Positions 17,789-24,889 of a stretch of DNA of 24,889 bases are shown one piece after another. Position 1 is the first letter of the stretch. Each line of letters starts with the position of its first letter. This stretch comes from Promethearchaeota archaeon Loki_b32 (GTDB lineage: Archaea; Asgardarchaeota; Lokiarchaeia; Sigyniarchaeales; SOKP01). Made by a program: the position numbers and the translations under genes. The notes under the pieces are model-generated. The model had not been told where the DNA came from, made no database searches, and saw only the letters and a list, made by a program, of their open reading frames with translations. The DNA lies in assembly GCA_005223125.1 (NCBI GenBank), contig NJBH01000045.1, forward strand, positions 1 to 24,889. Direction: 5' to 3'.

Positions 17789-19435
17789 TTATTTTTCTGA
17801 GAATTCACTATATTTTTTACTAAAATATTTAGTAAGTAGAAATCTCGCAGGTTCAAAATGTGTCACATTTCCTTTAAAATTCTTGAGTTCTTTGGAAAAC
17901 TTGTTTTCAAATGCCCTTGAAAAAGCATCTAATTTTTTAAAAAGAACTGGTAATTCTATGGATGCAATTAATGCAACTATATGATATTTGCCATATGTAA
18001 ATAGTAGCGTAGCTTCCTCTTTCTGAATTTGTCTAAGCTCCCTTTTAGTATTTGTTATTTCGGATATTATCGCAATAATGCCCGTGAGAGCCCCCGAAAT
18101 TAAATCCTCGTCAAATCCGGCTTCATCTGTTTCTTCTTTAATTAACTCATTTTTTTCAAAGCTATAGTTGTAAAGGCATATACCATGTTTGTTAAAAACG
18201 AAAATGTTTTTTAATGAATCTGCCCATTTCTTTTCTTTAGATGCTAAAAACTCCTTCATTCCCATCATCCATACTAAGAGAATTACTAATATGAACCCAT
18301 TTAAGAGATTAGGAAAATTAGGCAGAAAATTTTCAAAAATAGGAAATCTATCATAAATATCATTTATCCAAATACTAAAGACAAATCCAATTACTGCTCC
18401 AAAAAACAATAATGATAAAAAAAGGCTATTTATTCGACCTCTAAATTTCAAGTTTCCTCTTTCTGTTGAAAAATCTCCGGAAATGGTAAAGATAGCAAGG
18501 AGAAGGGGTAATATAGAAAATCCATAATGAATAGATAAGAAGACTTTTCTAGGCATTCCGAAAATATAACTTGATTCAATAAATGAGCCAAAAGATACAA
18601 GAAAAAATGAAAGTAATAAAATTCCTAAGACGATTGATGTTTTACGACCGATATTATCCAAACAACAACCTGCAGCAATTAGGTATGTAAAAGATGCTAA
18701 AGCAAATATAAAGAAATCTATATCAAATCCATACCCTGCTAATAAATTCCCGAAAATAAAACTCAATACAGTTATACTCGAAGAATATCTAAAAAAATGT
18801 TTTTCAAAAATAATATTTAAATATTTTTTATCAGACTTCAATCTCTCATCAGTTTCAATATAACTATACTCTCGAGAATACCAAACAACAATAAAAAATA
18901 TGCAAAATTCTAAAATACTAAGAATGGGGTATAGAAACTCATATATTATAAAAATTACAGATATAAATCCCAAAGAAAAGCCAGAAATCATTAGGTATGC
19001 TGTTATTCGTCCTCTATTTAAAATGTTTGTCTCATGTACTAATATTGTAAACCATAATAAAATTAATTGAGGAATTGTTAGGAGTATCATAAATAATCCT
19101 ATATAATAAAGAAGTGTTTGTGGAATAGCACTTATAATAAGACCAAGAAGACAAATTAAAAGTGTTATATTAAAATATTTTGTCCTATGTTTAATTTTGT
19201 CTACAAGTGGACCAGAAATAAGAAAACTAATGGCAAGTGTGATCAAAAATAAATAAATTTCTATCCCTACAACTGAAAGACCACCAGTTAAGACTGCATA
19301 CTTAAATAAAAAAGCTTCAGCTACAAAAGTAATGGAGAGCAGAGAGAAAAATAGATAAATCATTGTACTTCTTTTTAAATTAATGTCTCTGATAAATACT
19401 TTAATAGCCCAGTTTCTTAAAGAATCTTTTTTCAT
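17789..19435 (-). CDS. 12-TM MFS-fold membrane protein with a C-terminal longin-like domain, paralog of 15934..17595
   Basis: SGPLVDKIKHR and GCCLDNIGRK motif A copies; IFVFNKHGICLY...DLISGALTGIIAIISEIT...FENKF C-terminal domain. Confidence 0.75.
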   Translation of the reverse strand: MKKDSLRNWAIKVFIRDINLKRSTMIYLFFSLLSITFVAEAFLFKYAVLTGGLSVVGIEIYLFLITLAISFLISGPLVDKIKHRTKYFNITLLICLLGLIISAIPQTLLYYIGLFMILLTIPQLILLWFTILVHETNILNRGRITAYLMISGFSLGFISVIFIIYEFLYPILSILEFCIFFIVVWYSREYSYIETDERLKSDKKYLNIIFEKHFFRYSSSITVLSFIFGNLLAGYGFDIDFFIFALASFTYLIAAGCCLDNIGRKTSIVLGILLLSFFLVSFGSFIESSYIFGMPRKVFLSIHYGFSILPLLLAIFTISGDFSTERGNLKFRGRINSLFLSLLFFGAVIGFVFSIWINDIYDRFPIFENFLPNFPNLLNGFILVILLVWMMGMKEFLASKEKKWADSLKNIFVFNKHGICLYNYSFEKNELIKEETDEAGFDEDLISGALTGIIAIISEITNTKRELRQIQKEEATLLFTYGKYHIVALIASIELPVLFKKLDAFSRAFENKFSKELKNFKGNVTHFEPARFLLTKYFSKKYSEFSEK

Positions 19436-19556
19436 GATAACCTAATGATAATAATTCACGTATAATTTGTAAGTATATCTTTTTATTTAACGTTTATGTC
19501 AGACAATCTTCAGTAATTTTATTTAAATTACAAACCATTTCTATATTTGAAAAGAT

Positions 19557-20039
19557 ATGAATAAAATTAAGCGGATTCTCTTCGTATGTATGGGAAATAC
19601 TGCAAGATCTCCTGCAGCAGAATATTTAGCTCGTTACTATGCTAAAGAACTTAATATGGATTTGGATTGTGATTCTTGTGGTTTTTTCAACGCTTTTAAT
19701 TATATCCAGCCAGAATCTAGACAATATTTGGATTCTAAAGGAATTAAACACTCCGATTTTATTCCAAAAATTATAAATCGTAATTTATTAGAAAAACAAG
19801 ATTTAATACTTACAATGGAAAGTACTCATTCTTTAGATATTAAGAGAGATTTTAATAACATCAGAGATATTGAAAAAAAAACATTTACTTTGAGAGAATT
19901 TAATGGAGAAACTCAAAATATCGATATTATTGATCCATATTATACTTCTGATGAAACTTACAGAAAGATCATGAAGATTATTGATAACCAAGTAAAACAA
20001 GCATTAAAAAAAATTATCCAAATAAATAATTCTATTTAA
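19557..20039 (+). CDS. Low-molecular-weight protein phosphatase (second copy)
   Basis: LFVCMGNTARSP, DLILTME and DIIDPYY motifs. Confidence 0.9.
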   Translation: MNKIKRILFVCMGNTARSPAAEYLARYYAKELNMDLDCDSCGFFNAFNYIQPESRQYLDSKGIKHSDFIPKIINRNLLEKQDLILTMESTHSLDIKRDFNNIRDIEKKTFTLREFNGETQNIDIIDPYYTSDETYRKIMKIIDNQVKQALKKIIQINNSI

Positions 20040-20100
20040 AGAAATCATGAATTTTCTTTTTAGAATAAACATAAATATCATTTCTTAGGTTATAATTTTA

Positions 20101-20646
20101 ATGAGTCAATTAATGGTAAATAATTCTATTATTGAAATCTTTGTAGGAGATTTAACTAATATCGAACTATATGATGCTATAGTTATTCCAACCAATAGTA
20201 GACTATTGCCTAGTGGTAATCTTAGATGTAAAGTGTTGAAAAATGCAGGAACTCAAGTACAAGTTGAATGCAATAGAATTATGAATAGGATCACTCAAAT
20301 TTCTGTGGGATCTTCGGTCATGACATCAGGAGGAAATCTAGTACAGTATATTATCCATACACATGGACCACGTCCGGGACAAGGTAATGAGGGAAAAAAA
20401 CTGATGTTAGCTACTTGGAATTCATTGAAATTAGCTGATGAAAAAGGGATAAAGTCTATTGTATTTCCTCCAATATCCAGAGAAATGCGAGGGTTTACAG
20501 CTAAAATTTGTGCTGAAACAATGTTACCTACAATAAAGAAATATCTTTCAGAAAAAAATAGTAATTTAAGTAATGTTTCAATATGTTTGGATACAGAAGC
20601 TGATCATAAAGAATTTAAATTGATTCTAGATAAAATTACTGAATAA
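20101..20646 (+). CDS. Macrodomain protein (MacroD/YmdB-like fold, degenerate ligand loops)
   Basis: VGDLT...DAIV, MTSGGNL..YIIHTHGP, NSLKLADEKGIKSIVFPPIS. Confidence 0.85.
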   Translation: MSQLMVNNSIIEIFVGDLTNIELYDAIVIPTNSRLLPSGNLRCKVLKNAGTQVQVECNRIMNRITQISVGSSVMTSGGNLVQYIIHTHGPRPGQGNEGKKLMLATWNSLKLADEKGIKSIVFPPISREMRGFTAKICAETMLPTIKKYLSEKNSNLSNVSICLDTEADHKEFKLILDKITE

Positions 20647-20695
20647 TTGTACGAATTTTTCATATATTTTTAAATAAATTTTTAAAAAATCAAAG

Positions 20696-21823
20696 TTAGT
20701 TTTGCTTATTATTCTTTTGTAGGCTCCAAAATTCTAATGAAGAGAGTAAATCACTTCTTCCTACAAAACCGATTAATTCTTTACTATCTTTTTCTTCTAC
20801 AATTAAAAGCAGAGGATCTTTCTTCAAGTTATTTAATTTTTTCAATACTTCTTTTCCTGATAGATCATCATTAATAAATTGAAATTCAGAGAGTTTTCTC
20901 ATCAGATAGCCTACGTTATATTCTGATCTCTGCCATAGAGGTATTTTCCTAATTTCTTGAAAGTGTATTATTCCAACAATCTCATCATTTTGAATCACAG
21001 GAAAATATGACTTTTTGTACGGGATGAAAAACTTACTTAAAGCCGCATTTAGGGATGTATTAATAGGTATTCCCATATATGGCACACTAAGTATATCCTT
21101 AACACCAATATTTGATAAAATTACATCATTTTTAGTCTGAACGTACGATTGCTTTGCTGAAGAATTCAAGAATGATCCCATTAATATTAACCAGATTCCA
21201 CTTAATAATCCAGCAGTGAACATTTGGAATACGCCATAAATCATGAATCCATAACCAATAAATGTTCCTATTTTTGAGGCGGTTTTAGTTGCTGATAATA
21301 AATCATTTCTTCGTTTCCATAAAAAAGCTCGTAATATTCTTCCTCCATCAATAGGAAAAGCAGGAAATAGATTAAAAATGCTTAATCCAATATTTGAGAT
21401 ACCAGAGTATAAAAATGTTACCGACATTATAGATGGAATGTTTATTGGTAAGAAAAACAATGCAAGTAATCCTAATCCTATAACTAAACTTGATAATGGG
21501 CCAACTATTGAAATTATCATTTCAGATTTAGGAGTTCTTGGCTCTTCTTCTATTTTAGAAACACCACCAAATAAATAGAGTTCAATTTCTTTCACTTTAA
21601 GCCCATATTTCTGTGCTACCAGTGAATGGCTTAATTCATGAATCAATATTGAAAATAATAAGATTAAACCATTAATTAAGCCAACAAATATTAAATCAAT
21701 TAAGGGTGCCTCTGGCACAAGCGAAAGATAAAAACTCGTCGAATAGAAACCGACTAAGCCTATAATTAATAAAGTAGATAAATGGAGTTTTATATCAATC
21801 CCATAAATTTTAGCTATTTTTAT
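20696..21823 (-). CDS. M50 site-2 zinc metalloprotease with a C-terminal CBS pair; start extended upstream of the track's GTG at 21718
   Basis: HELSH, LYLFGGVS, GPLSS and NLFPAFPIDGGRILR motifs; CBS-like FPV...IVGII. The in-frame upstream IKIAKIYGIDIKLHLS matches the family's typical N-terminus. Confidence 0.9.
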   Translation of the reverse strand: MKIAKIYGIDIKLHLSTLLIIGLVGFYSTSFYLSLVPEAPLIDLIFVGLINGLILLFSILIHELSHSLVAQKYGLKVKEIELYLFGGVSKIEEEPRTPKSEMIISIVGPLSSLVIGLGLLALFFLPINIPSIMSVTFLYSGISNIGLSIFNLFPAFPIDGGRILRAFLWKRRNDLLSATKTASKIGTFIGYGFMIYGVFQMFTAGLLSGIWLILMGSFLNSSAKQSYVQTKNDVILSNIGVKDILSVPYMGIPINTSLNAALSKFFIPYKKSYFPVIQNDEIVGIIHFQEIRKIPLWQRSEYNVGYLMRKLSEFQFINDDLSGKEVLKKLNNLKKDPLLLIVEEKDSKELIGFVGRSDLLSSLEFWSLQKNNKQN

Positions 21824-22187
21824 ATTTAAAACCTCTTTTTTACTTTTTAATTTAAAAATTTTCTTTTCTCAAAAAACTAGATAAAATTTGTCCAAAAATA
21901 AAGATTTCTAAGCTAATAATAATATTACATCTATTAAATTTATTTGATTATTAATCTAAACTCTATTTGGGTGGTAATCTATATTTTATAATTAAACTTG
22001 ATTTTATTTTAAAGAATAAAAAGACTGGTTCATAAATGTTCGGTCTAAAAGTTGTTGAAATTTACATATTCATTTAAGTAAAAAATTCATATTATTATCT
22101 ATTTTGAAAAAAAATTATAACATATGTTAAATTAAACTTCACAAAAATTCCATATTAAAATTTATTTTAAGAGGTTGAAAAAAAAAA

Positions 22188-23363
22188 ATGGCTGATATTA
22201 AAAATATTGTAACTTTAGGTGTAGGCCTTATGGGTGAAGGAATTGCTCAAGTGGCCTTAATGGCTGGCTATAATGTCACATTAGTTGATATCAAAGATGA
22301 ATTAGTGAATAAAGCTTATGCAGGTATAGAAGCAGGTGTTAAAAAGTCTGAAGAAAAAGGTAAATTAGGAGAGGGTGTCACTGCTGCTGATGTAATAGCA
22401 CGATGTAAAAAATCAACTGATTTAGCATCTGCTGTAAAAGATGCTGATATGGTAATCGAGGCCATAGTAGAAAAAATGGGTCCAAAGAAAGAAGTATGTA
22501 AAATTGCTATGGATAATGGCCCCTCGCATATCATTTTCGCATCTAATACTTCCTTTATGAGTATAACTGAAATTGGAAAAGACTGTGGAGCTCCAGACCG
22601 AGTATGTGGGATGCATTTCTTCAATCCAGTTGCTTTAATGGCATGTATTGAAGTAATCAAAGGGGAAGGTACTTCAGATGATACATTCAATACAGCAATG
22701 GATGTTGCTAAAAACCTTCCTGTCCTGAGGGGTAAAAGATACATTGCTCCTGTATTAAAGGATAAACCGGGATTTATTGTAAATCGATTAAATGCTCCAG
22801 GAAATATATATATAAGCTGGGTCCTTGATAAAGCTGCAGAGAAAGGAATTCCATGGGATCAGATAGATGCCGATGTAGGTAAACTTGCTGCAATGCCTCC
22901 ATGCGTTTTAATGGATTATGTGGGTATTGATACTCTTGTACATATAATGAATTATAGTGCAGAACTTCTATCTCCTGATTTCAAACCAGGTAAAGTACTT
23001 ATTGAAATGGTTGAAAAAGGCACTTTGGGAAGAAAAACAGGTCAAGGTTTCTACGATTGGAGTAAAGGCAGACCTCAACCGGATATGTCTGTTAAAGCGG
23101 GATTATTTGATGTAAATGTTTTATTTGCTATTTCATTAAACGAGGGTTGTCGTCTTTTAGAAGAAGGTGTTGCTAGTGGATTTAAAATTATTGATGATGC
23201 AAATATGGCAGGAATGAATACACCTGGTCCATTTGGTGCAGGTAAAAGAAATTTTGCTGAATGGTCGGAATTACTAGAAAAACTTGTCGCTGAAACTGGA
23301 AAAGAATACTTAAAGCCTTGTGAATTGATGAAATCTGGTGGATTTGTGAAAATGCGAAAATAG
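22188..23363 (+). CDS. 3-hydroxyacyl-CoA dehydrogenase (two C-terminal helical domains)
   Basis: GVGLMGEGIAQ, VIEAIVE, ASNTS, GMHFFNP, PGFIVNR, GRKTGQGFYDW and NEGCRLLEEGVA motifs; GAGGT upstream. Confidence 0.93.
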   Translation: MADIKNIVTLGVGLMGEGIAQVALMAGYNVTLVDIKDELVNKAYAGIEAGVKKSEEKGKLGEGVTAADVIARCKKSTDLASAVKDADMVIEAIVEKMGPKKEVCKIAMDNGPSHIIFASNTSFMSITEIGKDCGAPDRVCGMHFFNPVALMACIEVIKGEGTSDDTFNTAMDVAKNLPVLRGKRYIAPVLKDKPGFIVNRLNAPGNIYISWVLDKAAEKGIPWDQIDADVGKLAAMPPCVLMDYVGIDTLVHIMNYSAELLSPDFKPGKVLIEMVEKGTLGRKTGQGFYDWSKGRPQPDMSVKAGLFDVNVLFAISLNEGCRLLEEGVASGFKIIDDANMAGMNTPGPFGAGKRNFAEWSELLEKLVAETGKEYLKPCELMKSGGFVKMRK

Positions 23364-23440
23364 TAATAAATTCCATTAATTTTTTTTATAATTTAATAAA
23401 GAAACTAAAAAAATTTAGTAAATTAAAGGTGTAATTAAAA

Positions 23441-24397
23441 ATGGCAGAAGATGTAAAATTTGAACATTTAAAAATTGAGTGGCCGACAGCTAAAGATGAG
23501 GCAGGAAATGTTATTAGAGAAGGTACTATAGATGGGAACTATGCTGTGATTTCAATGAATCGACCAGATAAATTAAATGCCTTAACTGACGATGTAGTGG
23601 CAGAAATTTCTCGAGCTTTGAGACTAATGGAATGGGATGGGTCAATAAGAGCAGTTGTATTGCGAGGTACAAAAGAAGTTACAAAAAAGCCTTCATTCTC
23701 AGTTGGTGCAGATTTAGCAGCAATGTTCAACAAAAGATTAAAACCGAATATCCCAATGCACATGAGTCAAGCAATGAGAATAAGACATCGAGATTATGAC
23801 GAAATGGAACAGTTTACTAAACCCTTAATCGCTGCAGTAGATGGTTTTGCTTTAGGAGGAGGTTTTGAATTAACATTATGTTGTGATATTATAATTGCTT
23901 CTGATCGGTCTGTATTTGGTATTCCAGAAATAAATAGAGGGATATTTTCAGCTAACGGAGGGGTTACAAGATTGGCATCTAGAGTTGGACTTAATAGAGC
24001 ATTAAGGATGGCGATGTTTGGGGAACATATCGATGTTAAAACAATGTTGGAATGGGGGTATGTATCTTGGATTGCTCCTGCGGGTGAAGAATTTGAGAAA
24101 TTAGTTCATGAGAAAGCTAAATGGTTAGGAGATGCTCCAACAACGTCTTTATTTGTAATTAAAAAATGTGTTAAATTTGGATCTCGTTATCCTCAATTAG
24201 GGGTAATGATGGAACAAATGGGCTTTGGAATAACATTTGGAGGAAGTCAAGATGCTAAAGAAGGAATTGCAGCTTTCAATCGGAGAATCAAATGCCCTGT
24301 GTGCGGGGGAAAGGGTAAAATGGAAGATGGGAGTGTCTGTAAAAATTGTGGTGGCAGAAGAAAAATAAAAGACACACCACATTTTAAAGGGATATAA
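23441..24397 (+). CDS. Enoyl-CoA hydratase/isomerase with a C-terminal zinc-finger insertion
   Basis: NRPDKLNAL, FSVGADL, KPLIAAVDGFALGGGFE and FGIPE motifs, with both catalytic Glu present; AGGTG at 23427-23431. Confidence 0.92.
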   Translation: MAEDVKFEHLKIEWPTAKDEAGNVIREGTIDGNYAVISMNRPDKLNALTDDVVAEISRALRLMEWDGSIRAVVLRGTKEVTKKPSFSVGADLAAMFNKRLKPNIPMHMSQAMRIRHRDYDEMEQFTKPLIAAVDGFALGGGFELTLCCDIIIASDRSVFGIPEINRGIFSANGGVTRLASRVGLNRALRMAMFGEHIDVKTMLEWGYVSWIAPAGEEFEKLVHEKAKWLGDAPTTSLFVIKKCVKFGSRYPQLGVMMEQMGFGITFGGSQDAKEGIAAFNRRIKCPVCGGKGKMEDGSVCKNCGGRRKIKDTPHFKGI

Positions 24398-24460
24398 TCA
24401 TTTTCATTTTATTTTTATTTTTATTTTTTTATTTTTTTAAGTTGTTTTTATCTTTTTTTG
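24398..24460 (+). terminator. Oligo-T archaeal-type terminator region
   Basis: Several T4-T7 runs immediately after the crotonase stop codon. Confidence 0.55.
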
Positions 24461-24517
24461 ATAGATTTATTATATAAGTTTTTTATTATACCAGATAGAA
24501 CCTTTTAATTTTAAATT

Positions 24518-24889
24518 ATGGTAAGAAACTCTGACATTATTGAAGAAATTAATGATGGAAATCTTTTCCTTAGAAAAATATCCAAAACAGATGTTGAATT
24601 CTTTTTTAAAAGTTTAAACGAAAAAAATTTGAAAAATTATTTGTCTCTGGGGCCGTTAAAGTCATTAGAACATTCGAGAGGGCTAATAAAAAATTATTTG
24701 AAATATTGGGATAAATTCTTCCAATTTAATTATATAATCGAATTGCATGATGTTAATAGTTCTAAAATTGGATCAATAAGTCTTTGGAATGTCAATTGGC
24801 AACACAAAAGAACTCAGATCGGAATTTGGTTAATTCCTTCTTTTTGGGGTAAAGGATTAGGAGAAAAATCTGTAAATTTAGTTAAAAAA
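24518..24889 (+). CDS. GNAT N-acetyltransferase, RimJ/RimL family (3' truncated)
   Basis: Not in the ORF track; translated by hand: MVRNSDIIEEINDGNLFLRKISKTD...IGSISLWNVNWQHKRTQIGIWLIPSFWGKGLG (acetyl-CoA motif A); open to the window end. Confidence 0.88.
   Translation, partial: MVRNSDIIEEINDGNLFLRKISKTDVEFFFKSLNEKNLKNYLSLGPLKSLEHSRGLIKNYLKYWDKFFQFNYIIELHDVNSSKIGSISLWNVNWQHKRTQIGIWLIPSFWGKGLGEKSVNLVKK

Noticed and set aside
15370-20039. LMW phosphatases as thioredoxin-coupled arsenate reductases with MFS arsenite exporters
   Set aside because: The resolving Cys pair of ArsC is missing, and there is no arsR, acr3 or arsB nearby.
8951-21823. S8 plus M50 proteases as a eukaryote-like S1P/S2P (SREBP) cascade
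   Set aside because: The genes are about 10 kb apart, the S8 lacks a signal peptide so it would face the wrong side, M50-CBS proteins are widespread, and no membrane-bound transcription factor is present.
1642-24382. Short or antisense ORFs in the track (1642, 3488, 5717, 5888, 10527, 10702, 11392, 14474, 16307, 21378, 22316, 22422, 23188, 23539, 24197)
   Set aside because: All lie within or almost entirely within well-supported genes, on the opposite strand or in another frame, and show no motifs; they are shadow ORFs.

Overview
AT-rich, gene-dense chromosomal window that looks archaeal, most likely Asgard (Lokiarchaeia-like). This is inferred from the C-terminal longin-like domains, an archaeal AroA'-type aldolase, (G)AGGTG ribosome-binding sites and oligo-T terminators. 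It has four blocks. (1) 1-8.3 kb: five radical SAM genes, comprising three B12-binding class B enzymes of different types and a tandem pair of SPASM enzymes with an unusual helical N-terminal domain and His-rich tails. (2) 8.4-15.2 kb: a minus-strand run of a SIR2-TPR protein, nadB, aroA', a tail-anchored subtilase and a membrane metal-dependent hydrolase. (3) 15.4-21.8 kb: a candidate signalling locus with two paralogous 12-TM MFS-fold proteins fused to longin-like domains, flanked by two LMW phosphatases and followed by a degenerate macrodomain and an M50-CBS protease. (4) 22.2-24.9 kb: beta-oxidation genes, including a crotonase with a zinc-finger insert, and a partial GNAT. I saw no rRNA, tRNA, CRISPR array or mobile element. 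The best candidates for an undescribed system are the MFS-longin/phosphatase locus and the five-radical-SAM cluster. All family assignments come from reading motifs by eye, without database searches.
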